A DNA stretch of 64,000 bases, from IMG/VR virus record IMGVR_UViG_3300048590_000360, positions 4,202 to 68,201 of that record; one strand, written 5' to 3'. Positions 27,111 through 35,972 of the stretch are shown here, in pieces. Source of the stretch: a virus. The notes beneath the pieces were generated by a model. The model saw nothing but the letters and a program-made list of their open reading frames with translations, did no database searches and was not told where the DNA came from. Both the position numbers and the translations under genes were made by a program. Numbering within the stretch: position 1 is the stretch's first letter; each line of letters opens with the position of its first letter.

Positions 27111-27143
27111 CCTTAACTTCTCCTATGCGCCTACCGTTAGCGG
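27111..27143 (+). repeat. right arm of 20-bp inverted repeat + CTACC-GTTAGCGG
   Basis: CCTTAACTTCTCCTATGCGC, 19/20 complementary to 26808..26827. Confidence 0.65.
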
Positions 27144-27196
27144 CAAGCGTAGGACACCACTCCGAATAAACAGCATCCTACACAAACCGAAAAAGG

Positions 27197-27571
27197 CTAC
27201 ACAATTTCTCTCAAGTGCCGTAAATTGCTTTCTGCCTTTTCATTTAGGTCATTCAAACTGTAAAGCAAACGAATGATTTCTTCCGTTACGCTTTCGGGCT
27301 GTTTTTCTTCCATAGCTTCTTTAAGCGTTGAAGGTTCGTCATACCTTTTAATCGTTTGCAATTTGCTTTTAGTTTCGCATACAATACCATCGTAGCGATT
27401 TACGGCACTTTGTAACCTTTCGATAATCACATTCAATTCAGGTTGATGAACCGAAGTAGGCATATCTTCTGTTAATACTTCTGGCGCAATTTGAATTACT
27501 TTTTCATAATGCACTTCTCCACCCTGAGTTACTTTCAGAATGTCACCGATTTTCAATTTACTTTTGTCCAT
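27197..27571 (-). CDS. hypothetical protein (possible last unit of array A)
   Basis: 124-aa ORF. Its leader resembles the cassette leaders, and AAACCG motifs without TTA lie at 27184 and 27618. Confidence 0.55.
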   Translation of the reverse strand: MDKSKLKIGDILKVTQGGEVHYEKVIQIAPEVLTEDMPTSVHQPELNVIIERLQSAVNRYDGIVCETKSKLQTIKRYDEPSTLKEAMEEKQPESVTEEIIRLLYSLNDLNEKAESNLRHLREIV

Positions 27572-27641
27572 ATTTTTTTAATTAAAATTGTTATCAAAAA
27601 CTGCCACCAGCTGTATAAACCGCAGGTACCGGATAGAATAC

Positions 27642-27851
27642 TCATTGTATCTCCCTCCATTCCTCTGGTGGCGTATCATTCACCATGGTTTCAATCTCAG
27701 CAGCAGGGGGGATGATAACCTCAGTGTCCCCTTGCCGGATGTCAACTGACCCATTACTACCGATGTAGTGTTGTTCTGTTATTCGTACCAGTACCGGTAC
27801 AGGTACAACAACGGTGTACCATTTGGTTACTATAAAGTTATTCTTCGTCAT
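27642..27851 (-). CDS. hypothetical protein
   Basis: 69-aa ORF overlapping the upstream gene. Confidence 0.5.
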   Translation of the reverse strand: MTKNNFIVTKWYTVVVPVPVLVRITEQHYIGSNGSVDIRQGDTEVIIPPAAEIETMVNDTPPEEWREIQ

Positions 27852-28338
27852 GTGGTTTATGTTGTAGGTGTTGGAATAAGAATTTTTGTGCAGGGTTTCT
27901 TCCCCATATGAAGGGATAGAATTTTACGTTATGCTTTTTGATGGTCTGATTGTATTCTATTGCAGAAGTGACTAACGACTGAAGCATTTTACCGTATTCT
28001 GTATTCCATGGATTGGGTTTCTTTGCATTAATCCAAGATATAGGATGTAGTAGTGACGTATAGATGACTACGTTGCGTTTGTGTGTTTTGGCGAAGTTTA
28101 TCGCCCATATACAGGCAAGATACTCATAGATTTTTAGTCCACCGGTATATAATCGTGGGGAATGGTATAGTATCTTTTTATTGGTAGTAACAATAAACCA
28201 CCCTGTTTTATACTTAGTGTGGAATGTAGCATCTACATAGATGGCATTTTTAACAGGTTCCATGCCGTATCTGTGTAGTTGTGTTGCTACTTGTCTTTCT
28301 GTGAGTGGTATTCTATCGTGTCTTATTCGTTTAGTCAC
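27838..28338 (-). CDS. hypothetical protein, tentative RNase H-like fold
   Basis: IYVDATF .. YEYLACIWAI .. VVIYTS resembles the D-E-D strand/helix order of RNase H, but the third acidic residue is missing. Confidence 0.3.
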   Translation of the reverse strand: MTKRIRHDRIPLTERQVATQLHRYGMEPVKNAIYVDATFHTKYKTGWFIVTTNKKILYHSPRLYTGGLKIYEYLACIWAINFAKTHKRNVVIYTSLLHPISWINAKKPNPWNTEYGKMLQSLVTSAIEYNQTIKKHNVKFYPFIWGRNPAQKFLFQHLQHKPHDEE

Positions 28339-28607
28339 AATGTCCAGTATTTTAGTTCGTAGAATTTATCTTGTTTCTTTGGATTAAAGGGTGTAAAGGT
28401 TGGAGGTTTAAACCATTCAACTTTGACTTGTGGTACAAAGTCTCTAAACGCCTTTTCCAAGCTTTTTCGTTTGATATAGCTTCGGTATGTTTGTATATTG
28501 ATTCCTTCAATTTTTCTTCTAATTGATTCGTTTCGTTGTTCAATTTGTTGTATTGAATTACGATATCGTTCAATTCTTTCTCTAATTGATTGCTCATGCG
28601 CTGTCAT
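28335..28607 (-). CDS. hypothetical coiled-coil protein
   Basis: 90-aa ORF, 4-nt overlap. Confidence 0.5.
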   Translation of the reverse strand: MTAHEQSIRERIERYRNSIQQIEQRNESIRRKIEGINIQTYRSYIKRKSLEKAFRDFVPQVKVEWFKPPTFTPFNPKKQDKFYELKYWTL

Positions 28608-28627
28608 ACGTTATGTATTCTGAAAGG

Positions 28628-29221
28628 TTACATTTTTTTCACCAGGAGGCATATATCTTTTGTCCTGATACAGTACATGAGTTTGTTTTCGATGTAAATG
28701 GCGTACATTCTGTTTGGTTTAAATACTACCGTGTCGTATTGTTCTACGCCTTGCGCCATCATAGATTCATCTATGTGGATAATCGTGCCAAACATATCCT
28801 TTCTATCGTCTTTATGCACCAATGTAAGCCCTTTGTGTTCGGTGTCCTTTTTTATTTCTTGAACCAAGTTCCATCCCTGTTGCATGTGTATGAATCCTGA
28901 TCGTACTTTGCAATAGATATTTTCATAGATTACTTTGTACGTTCCGTCGTCTTGTTTTTTGTCTATAGTAGTGTGGTTTACATATACTATATCGCCAATT
29001 TCTATATCAATTTTCCGTTCAAAAGCACCTTCAGGGCATGTCATCCTTGGCAGAGACATTACAACTGCTTTCTGGACACAGTTTTCTTCAGCGTATGGTC
29101 TGAAGGAAGTGTCTTTGAAGATTGAGATGTTACCGAGTTGAATAGTTTCGTTTTGGGTTTTCTCCATTTTAACGCCTACATAGTTATATAGGGGTTGGAT
29201 TTTTGGGATATTAGATTCCAT
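28628..29221 (-). CDS. hypothetical protein
   Basis: 197-aa ORF. An alternative ATG at 29167 would remove the 46-nt overlap with the upstream gene. Confidence 0.5.
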   Translation of the reverse strand: MESNIPKIQPLYNYVGVKMEKTQNETIQLGNISIFKDTSFRPYAEENCVQKAVVMSLPRMTCPEGAFERKIDIEIGDIVYVNHTTIDKKQDDGTYKVIYENIYCKVRSGFIHMQQGWNLVQEIKKDTEHKGLTLVHKDDRKDMFGTIIHIDESMMAQGVEQYDTVVFKPNRMYAIYIENKLMYCIRTKDICLLVKKM

Positions 29222-29862
29222 TGTATTTTATCTTGTTCAATTATTTCCGGCGCTTCAGTGACTCTTGATACGTTTTGAGATATATAGTGGTGTGCATATA
29301 GACCTTTTACAAGGCATTGTTGGTATCCGAGTTGTCTTGCAAGGTCGAATATCCAATTATCCCCGAACCATATTTTTAACGTCTCAGGAATAGGGAACAC
29401 GAATTCTAATAGCGTTTGGTCAAGGACTAAGAATACTCCTGGTATTCCCCCATCTACATTTATGAGTTGGATGTTCTTTGTATCCGCTTCGTTGAACTTT
29501 TCTACATGGCACCACGTGGGGCATGGGACGGTCATAGGGTTTTCTTTTTCTACTTTATTCAATACTTTAAGCCAATCGGGATGAAGTACTAAGTCTGAAT
29601 TCATTATGCAACATCTTTCGTATTTATTTACCAATGCGAAATCCATTATTTGGTTCCATGCTGGGTTAACGTATATGTTTTGTGGGTTAATGATAAGGTG
29701 TACGTTGTCTCTTTCACTGTAATCCATAAGCATAGATAACATGTCATGTTCGCACCCGTTACTTATTAGTAATAAGTCTGCACCGGCAGATAGGACGCTT
29801 TCTATCGCTTCACGGGTATGTTTTAAACCGTATAAACAGGGTATGCCGACTATAGTGTTCAA
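29176..29862 (-). CDS. glycosyltransferase family 2-like
   Basis: N-terminal IVGIPCLYG..EAIESVL..LLLISNG and MNSDLVLHPDW, typical of the GT2 Rossmann/DxD region. Confidence 0.55.
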   Translation of the reverse strand: MNTIVGIPCLYGLKHTREAIESVLSAGADLLLISNGCEHDMLSMLMDYSERDNVHLIINPQNIYVNPAWNQIMDFALVNKYERCCIMNSDLVLHPDWLKVLNKVEKENPMTVPCPTWCHVEKFNEADTKNIQLINVDGGIPGVFLVLDQTLLEFVFPIPETLKIWFGDNWIFDLARQLGYQQCLVKGLYAHHYISQNVSRVTEAPEIIEQDKIQWNLISQKSNPYITM

Positions 29863-30573
29863 TTAAGGATACACTTCAATGATGAAAGTAGTATTTAATA
29901 ATACTCCGTTTTGCAAACTAAACGCTATTTCTCCATATTTATACGTTTCTATATTAATATGTGTAGCAGTCATCCCATGTGTAACTAATCCTGTGGATAC
30001 GCCTCCACCAATGGTTACAATCGTTTTTGTTACGTCAAAAGTACCTAAGTATCGGTATTGGCCTACACTACCATACGTATAAGAACGGCTACCTTCTAAT
30101 GTATCTTCTAACACTTCTGCTGTAGGGGCATTTGTGCCTGATTGAGTAATTAATGCTTTATATCTTCTTACCACGCCAACTGCCGAAAGTACTGCATCAA
30201 GGTCAATGGCGTAAATGTATTCTTTACCGTTAATATCTTGTACTACTGACCTTGTGGCATCCCTGTAATCTTCTGTTACAGAAACAATGTCTTTCGTGTC
30301 TATTCTGTAGTTAGTGTCCTTACCGATTAAGTCACTACCAATGCCTACAATAGTGCCTGAGAGTGTTTTGTCCCATTCCGGACGGTACAGTACGTCTAAT
30401 CCCGTTCCGCTTAATGTCAGCGTCCGTGATTCATTCGCAAAGGCATACACTATATCGGTATTAGTGGCACCTTCAGTTACGTTAAGGATTCGCGCCTTGT
30501 TAAGCAGAATACGTGTAGAATCTATCGTTTGATTCCCTACTGCCAGTAATGTTGCATCAAGTAAATTTGCCAT
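29863..30573 (-). CDS. virion structural protein candidate
   Basis: 236-aa Thr/Gly/Val-rich, beta-type sequence. Confidence 0.5.
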   Translation of the reverse strand: MANLLDATLLAVGNQTIDSTRILLNKARILNVTEGATNTDIVYAFANESRTLTLSGTGLDVLYRPEWDKTLSGTIVGIGSDLIGKDTNYRIDTKDIVSVTEDYRDATRSVVQDINGKEYIYAIDLDAVLSAVGVVRRYKALITQSGTNAPTAEVLEDTLEGSRSYTYGSVGQYRYLGTFDVTKTIVTIGGGVSTGLVTHGMTATHINIETYKYGEIAFSLQNGVLLNTTFIIEVYP

Positions 30574-30575
30574 GA

Positions 30576-30851
30576 TTATAGTTTTATAAAGTCTTTAGTG
30601 CTGTTGAAAGTTAATTCTAAACCGTCGGTTCCTTCGTTAATTGATTTGTAAAGGTAGTCTTGTTCTCCAATTTTCACCCATATAACATAGCGAAGAATAC
30701 CGAATTCCTTGTGGTGGTCAATATCTGTAGTAATCGCTGATACAATGGCGCGGCCATGTCCCCCTAAATTCACTAACCCACCAACCTTGTAATTGGCAGA
30801 TTCACCCCATTTGATACGGATAATACTATTGGAAACTACTTCACTTTTCAT
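30576..30851 (-). CDS. hypothetical protein
   Basis: 91-aa ORF, coupled to its neighbours. Confidence 0.5.
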   Translation of the reverse strand: MKSEVVSNSIIRIKWGESANYKVGGLVNLGGHGRAIVSAITTDIDHHKEFGILRYVIWVKIGEQDYLYKSINEGTDGLELTFNSTKDFIKL

Positions 30852-31753
30852 TTCTTTAACTTCTTTTTACGTAGATCATTGTCCTTCGGTGAGGACTTAT
30901 CTAATGCACCAACCTTATCTTTGAAATTACGAATTTTATAGTTTCCACCAATTCCAGAAATATCCTCAGCACGCCAATATCCACCAACACCACCAGATGT
31001 ATCACCTTTACTCCTATATGTATCCCCACGGTATTGTCCTGTTTTATCCGTACCTGAGATGTTTTTCTTTCCTGAACCTTTTTCGTACAGTTGCCCCCCT
31101 GTATCTATACGACGGGTTGAATTTAGATTAGATAGACCATTACCTGAATTAATTTTAAATTTACTCTTAGACTTTGTGAAACCCCCTTGTCCATCAGGAC
31201 GAAAAGATGCTACTTTGATTTTTTTAAGTCCCCCTCGTTTGTTTTTAATCAAAGTCACTCTGTTATATCCCTTCCTATCCCTTACTTTAGTCCCTTCTTC
31301 TCCACCTTTGGCCTTACCTCCCGTGTCTAATGTCTCATCCTCTTTGGCCTTAACTGTGGTCGTTCGTCTTTTAAAGACTTTATTGAGAATGTTTCTTTTT
31401 CCATAATATGCTGTCGTTTTATGGGATGTACCCGTTTCTCCTGTAGTGGATGAACCTGACTTATCCCCTTTGGGTTGTTCGTCCTTCATGTTTCGGATAA
31501 TATTTGCAGTCCCCGTCGTGAAACCGTATTTCCCAGCAGTTTCCTTTTCAAGTGTTTCAGACTGGTCTTTCTTTAATCCCCCAGCGTATGTCTCACTACC
31601 TTTATGTTTACTTGAACCATCTTTCTGGCCTATAATAACATTTACGTTCAGGTCTTTCTCTTGTTTACCTTCTCCTTGTGCAGTACTTTTAACACTACTT
31701 TCTACATATCCGTATGTAGTTCTGCGCTTATTCCTTTTTCTCAGCCTGTCCAT
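30848..31753 (-). CDS. highly basic low-complexity (Gly/Lys/Thr-rich) protein
   Basis: 301 aa, KR-rich at both termini with GGxK/TGxT repeats. Own -7 box lies 15 nt upstream. Confidence 0.6.
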   Translation of the reverse strand: MDRLRKRNKRRTTYGYVESSVKSTAQGEGKQEKDLNVNVIIGQKDGSSKHKGSETYAGGLKKDQSETLEKETAGKYGFTTGTANIIRNMKDEQPKGDKSGSSTTGETGTSHKTTAYYGKRNILNKVFKRRTTTVKAKEDETLDTGGKAKGGEEGTKVRDRKGYNRVTLIKNKRGGLKKIKVASFRPDGQGGFTKSKSKFKINSGNGLSNLNSTRRIDTGGQLYEKGSGKKNISGTDKTGQYRGDTYRSKGDTSGGVGGYWRAEDISGIGGNYKIRNFKDKVGALDKSSPKDNDLRKKKLKK

Positions 31754-31768
31754 AAATGATAATTTTTA

Positions 31769-31776
31769 CAAAGATA
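31769..31776 (-). promoter_or_regulatory. -7 box TATCTTTG
   Basis: Between the TerL stop (31789) and the ATG at 31753. Confidence 0.45.
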
Positions 31777-31788
31777 ACATTTTTTGTT

Positions 31789-33879
31789 TCACCTTATTCT
31801 TCGTTTAGTGAATAATGGTTTGGGTTTTGTTCCTTCCTTCATTGATTGTGAAATCTTTTTTCTGGTAAAGTCTTTGGCACCAATATAGGCTAACATAGAT
31901 GCTACCGTTAAGTCATACTTAGTCCAATCTCCAGGTTCAAATTTTAACCAATCATGTAGTAAATCTTCCAAACTACAAGTTCCGTTAAGACTGCGTACTA
32001 TATCTACTTCAGGGATACCTAATTTAGTTAATTGTGTTTCTATAGTTATTTCTCCAATAAAATCATGGATATACCCATGTAGTCTATCCATCAATGTCTC
32101 TCTGACAAACTCTCCTGCTGTACTAATCCCTTCAACGGGTTTTGATGCTTTGTCTCTATTGAGTATTGATTGTTTTGTTTTTTTTATAAATCCCCCGTGT
32201 CCGGATTCCCGAAGGTAATTAATAAGTCCTGGCTTTTGGTTTTCTATGAGTAAGTCCCAAGAATAGAACATTGCTACTTTCAACGCATCATCCCAAAAAA
32301 GTTTCGGGGTTTCTCTCCTGTAACAGTATGAGAACACGAAACAGTTACTTTTGAATATATCCATTGGTTCATAAGCTCTAAACCCTACAATCGCAGCGTT
32401 AGACCTTCTTGTATCTACAGTGGTTTTATGGTCGAATGGGTCAACACCTATACATCCTGATTCTGTAAATTTAGGTTTCCTTCCTGTCATATCCTGTGTG
32501 AAACAGTTTCTGTCTTGTGGTAATGGCATCCACCCCACTTTGAATAATCCTTCAGAATCGTCCACAAATCTTACTACAGTTCTTTCGTCATTTTCAAATA
32601 GAAAATTTCCTACTCTATAAGGAACCGATACAACTGAGGCATTGTGTTCCAACTGTTCGTATATCTTATCAGCAGGAAACCCCTCACCTTTACTGTCAAG
32701 GATAAATGCTTCCATGACGTTTGTAGGGTATTTTCTCTTTTCCTCATTGAGTTTTGTACCTGTTAGTTTAGTTCTTTTGCTTTTAAGATAGTCCAAGGCA
32801 CCAATGGTTTCCGTTTCTCCTTCATTGTTAGTGAATGGTTTTAATGGTGTTTCAATTACTGAATATCCATATTCATCAATGAATCCACTTAGTCCGTGTT
32901 GCGCTGGTTTGAAGTATCTGTATAATCCTGAAATAGTCCTTCCATCGTCTTTCCTATTGTTTGCGTCTGAATCCCTCCATAGATTTGCAACAGGTTCACC
33001 CCCTGCCCTGTTTGTTTCTTCTACAGTAGATGAAAGGTATGCTTTACCTACAATGGTTTTTCCAACTTCTAAGCATGGTTTCAAAATGTACCACCGTGAT
33101 TCTGGGTTTGCATTTGATGGTTTTCCTATCTCATCCTGATAGTTCCTGAATTGTCGTGTTCCATCGTATGCTTCTTCTTTAGATGATTCATAATCAATGA
33201 AACTATTAAGTACGTTTTTGTAGGTTTTCTTTTCGCCTTTTGTGCTTCTGCGTGCGGGTTCTTCAAACTTTAATGCTTTTTGTGGTGAAGTCTGCCCTGA
33301 GTCAATAGGTTTCCAAAAGTCAGGTAATTTCTTCCAACTTTTTACCATCTTCAGGAAGATACGTAAAGCATCAATGTCTGTCTTAGATTGAATCCCTGAT
33401 TGCTCATCCTTCACTAAGGACGTTGCTTCATATAGGATACATGAACCTTTATATGTTTTTCCTGAACGTCTATCGGAAATGAATAATAATCCGTAACAGT
33501 TTTTATCTTTAACACATAAGTCCCAAACGTAAAAGAAGTCTCTGTCAGATTCGCGCCATTCCGGAAGGTCTTTGCCAATGTACCAATATGTGAGGTAAAA
33601 ATAATGTAACCCTGTTATGTATTCTATCTTCCCATTATTATAAAAGAAGATACCGTTTTTTCTTCTGTCAAGTTCCCTAATGTATAACTGTTCTTGTTCT
33701 TGTACTGATAAGGCATTCCAACGGAGATGGTCTTTCGGTGCTTTCCACTTGTGATTGTACTTTTGGTTAGAATTAAGGATTTGAGAAACTTCTGGTGGTT
33801 CTGGTAGGTGTATTTTGTATTTATACCCTGTCCCATCGTCAATCTCCCTGATTTTTTTAAAATCCTTAACCGATTCCAT
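31789..33879 (-). CDS. terLw: terminase large subunit
   Basis: Walker A-like DRRSGKT (compare T4 gp17 SRQLGKT), Walker B-like NYQDE, nuclease-type GVDPFDH. The 696-aa size fits. Confidence 0.75.
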   Translation of the reverse strand: MESVKDFKKIREIDDGTGYKYKIHLPEPPEVSQILNSNQKYNHKWKAPKDHLRWNALSVQEQEQLYIRELDRRKNGIFFYNNGKIEYITGLHYFYLTYWYIGKDLPEWRESDRDFFYVWDLCVKDKNCYGLLFISDRRSGKTYKGSCILYEATSLVKDEQSGIQSKTDIDALRIFLKMVKSWKKLPDFWKPIDSGQTSPQKALKFEEPARRSTKGEKKTYKNVLNSFIDYESSKEEAYDGTRQFRNYQDEIGKPSNANPESRWYILKPCLEVGKTIVGKAYLSSTVEETNRAGGEPVANLWRDSDANNRKDDGRTISGLYRYFKPAQHGLSGFIDEYGYSVIETPLKPFTNNEGETETIGALDYLKSKRTKLTGTKLNEEKRKYPTNVMEAFILDSKGEGFPADKIYEQLEHNASVVSVPYRVGNFLFENDERTVVRFVDDSEGLFKVGWMPLPQDRNCFTQDMTGRKPKFTESGCIGVDPFDHKTTVDTRRSNAAIVGFRAYEPMDIFKSNCFVFSYCYRRETPKLFWDDALKVAMFYSWDLLIENQKPGLINYLRESGHGGFIKKTKQSILNRDKASKPVEGISTAGEFVRETLMDRLHGYIHDFIGEITIETQLTKLGIPEVDIVRSLNGTCSLEDLLHDWLKFEPGDWTKYDLTVASMLAYIGAKDFTRKKISQSMKEGTKPKPLFTKRRIR

Positions 33880-34262
33880 TAGACGTATTTTTCAAGGAAT
33901 GTCCCTGCATCGTTGTTTTGATTCCCTAATTGTGCTGAAGTATCTGGTGTGAGTTCCTTTTCAAGTAACTTCATTGTTTCAATCATCTTAGGCATCTTAT
34001 CAATGAGAATCATCACTCTGTCGAATGCTTTATCTGAACTTTTAGTTAAGGATGTATATGACAATAAATCAACTTCTTGTTCTTCCCCTTCATTGGATAT
34101 TGTTACAGGGTTATTAAGTAGTTCTCCTAATGCGTCTAATTGTTTTCTGAGTCCGTTGTATAACGAACCCATTGAACTTATCGCTGATAGGTTTCTAATG
34201 TGTAGAATCAGGATGTCAATATATTCCTGATCTGAACATTTTGGTGGCCGTTTAATGTTCAT
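33879..34262 (-). CDS. putative terminase small subunit (position only)
   Basis: 127-aa ORF directly upstream of and overlapping terL. Confidence 0.3.
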   Translation of the reverse strand: MNIKRPPKCSDQEYIDILILHIRNLSAISSMGSLYNGLRKQLDALGELLNNPVTISNEGEEQEVDLLSYTSLTKSSDKAFDRVMILIDKMPKMIETMKLLEKELTPDTSAQLGNQNNDAGTFLEKYV

Positions 34263-34566
34263 CTTCTGTAATGATTACACCATAAGCGTCTATCTGCCGG
34301 ATTAGTTTAAAATCTTTGGTCCCGTCACCTAAGTCCAATGCAATATTGTATGTGTTGTTTTTGTTGTACGCCAATATTTCACCGTCATTAACTTGTCTGG
34401 TGTATTGTCCGTACCCTTCACCGGCACTGAGTACTTTTCCCACACTGGGATATATTGTTTCCTCTGCTGTTTCAGGGATAATAATGCCTGAACGTGTTTT
34501 TCTTTCGTTTACTACAGGGTCTATCAGAATGTAGTCGTTAAGTGCTTTGAATGATTTGATTCTCAT
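34252..34566 (-). CDS. GroES/Cpn10-like co-chaperonin
   Basis: ALNDYILIDPV..ERKTRSGIIIP......GKVLSAGEG aligns by eye with GroES PLHDRVIVK..ETKSAGGIVL..GEVLAVGNG. Confidence 0.55.
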   Translation of the reverse strand: MRIKSFKALNDYILIDPVVNERKTRSGIIIPETAEETIYPSVGKVLSAGEGYGQYTRQVNDGEILAYNKNNTYNIALDLGDGTKDFKLIRQIDAYGVIITEDEH

Positions 34567-35972
34567 TTTTGTGAATTATAGTGGTAAAAATATACCGGTT
34601 TATTTATGTGTACTGCTGTTTTAATTAACTTGGAATTCTTTAAATTTAGTAACTGTTGAACGTCGCTACCGTTATCTGCTCTTTGTTTCCTGCCCCCACC
34701 ATTACCCCAAATAACAGGAAAAGGTACCTGAAGCATGTATTTTCTTTTGATAGCGCACAGATGACCGGGACTCTTTTTCATTATCTTTAATCCCGTATTG
34801 CAGTCCTCATTCTCATAAAACTGTCCTCTGTCAGTGGAAGGGTCATGCTGATAGATGATGTGTGAATATAGTTTATCATCAATGAATGTTTTTGCTTCAA
34901 TAGTAACACAATCAACGTCTGGGTTTGCCTCTATCTTTTCAATGATTTGAGTTAAATAATCATTAGTAATAATATCGTCATCATCAATAGATATAACGTA
35001 TTCAGCGTTAGACCGAATGGTACACTTGTTTCTTTTTCCTCCGATTGGTATTAATCCCCCGTCCCTTTCAATAATTAGTTGAACTTTATCCGCTAATCCG
35101 TTACGGGCAATTTGTGTATTAAGTATTGATATTAATGTGGAAAATTCTTTTACTCTGGATTGTATTGTAGCAATACACACAGCTAACATGTATTTATGTT
35201 CTAATTCTTTACAAGCCAATGACTGCATGATAGTTTTCATGGTGTTATGGTCATATTCAGCCCGTATTGATTCCATCATATCTTCAGAAGATTTGTTCTT
35301 TAAAGACTCCTTCGGGAATTTTCGTTCACCGGTTTCCTGAATGTATGTTGGATTGATTAATTTGTATGGTTTAGGTACCACTGTTTTTTCATTACTAACA
35401 TAGTTTCTAATATTGCTTTTATGGACGTGGTATGATTTGATAGAACACGAAGGGTTTTCTACTTTGTATCCTACTGATTCTATTTCATAGGCTATACGGT
35501 TATCGCATCCTGGCATTCCGAAGTGAAAGTCTCCTTTAACATCCCTTATTACACCCCTGAATATCCAACAATCCTGACTATCCCAAGAAGCATGATGTTT
35601 GATTTCATTACCGTTTACGTCCCAACGGGATAAAGCAAAACATCTATCTTTCGTTAGGTATGCGTTAATCAATTTTAAATCTTCGTCTTTGAAGTAAATA
35701 TCTGCATTAGCAATTATTGTTATTGTGTTTGCATCAGGCATGGTGTCACAGGCTACACGGAATGCGTCGTTATATGTTGGCCTTGAATCTAATTTTTTGA
35801 TTCTAATTTTCGGGGATGAAACATTAGTCACGTCTTCGTCAACAATCAATACTATTAAGTCAATAAGTTCTGTCGCTGAATTTTCTGCAAGAACTTTCAG
35901 AATCTCATAATTTCGTTCTTTGTTTGAGTCTTTATAAAAGGGGACAATGAGTTGTATTGTGCTATTAATCAT
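34563..35972 (-). CDS. two-domain glycosyltransferase (C-terminal GT2)
   Basis: CIATIQSR..; KRNKC; YVISIDDDDII (DxD). The N-terminal half also has a nucleotide-sugar-fold-like beta-alpha start. Confidence 0.55.
   Translation of the reverse strand: MINSTIQLIVPFYKDSNKERNYEILKVLAENSATELIDLIVLIVDEDVTNVSSPKIRIKKLDSRPTYNDAFRVACDTMPDANTITIIANADIYFKDEDLKLINAYLTKDRCFALSRWDVNGNEIKHHASWDSQDCWIFRGVIRDVKGDFHFGMPGCDNRIAYEIESVGYKVENPSCSIKSYHVHKSNIRNYVSNEKTVVPKPYKLINPTYIQETGERKFPKESLKNKSSEDMMESIRAEYDHNTMKTIMQSLACKELEHKYMLAVCIATIQSRVKEFSTLISILNTQIARNGLADKVQLIIERDGGLIPIGGKRNKCTIRSNAEYVISIDDDDIITNDYLTQIIEKIEANPDVDCVTIEAKTFIDDKLYSHIIYQHDPSTDRGQFYENEDCNTGLKIMKKSPGHLCAIKRKYMLQVPFPVIWGNGGGRKQRADNGSDVQQLLNLKNSKLIKTAVHINKPVYFYHYNSQK

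Larger units (their letters stand above)
21831..27143. mobile_element. integron-like cassette array A (about 12 units)
   Basis: Units of small same-strand ORFs bounded by GTTAG-type cores at 21831, 22334, 22663, 22952, 24139, 24565, 25020, 25436, 25739, 26062, 26401, 26778 and 27136. Confidence 0.45.

Noticed and set aside
22207-27196. Inter-ORF hairpins as plain rho-independent terminators, or T4-type promoter-stem-loop (PeSL) regulatory cassettes
   Set aside because: This is not fully rejected and remains the main alternative. However, most hairpins lack a following U-tract in the coding orientation. The conserved AAC/GTT boxes and asymmetric spacers are not terminator features. The 87-bp repeat and the RHH duplication also break exactly at the GTTA core, which points to DNA-level exchange.
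28352-28597. 81-aa ORF in an alternative frame on the same strand as 28335..28607
   Set aside because: It lies completely inside the longer ORF, which is translationally coupled to both of its neighbours.
28628-29221. Second GroES-like gene
   Set aside because: Only a weak N-terminal resemblance (PLYNYVGVKMEK..ETIQLGNISIF). This is not enough to support a call.
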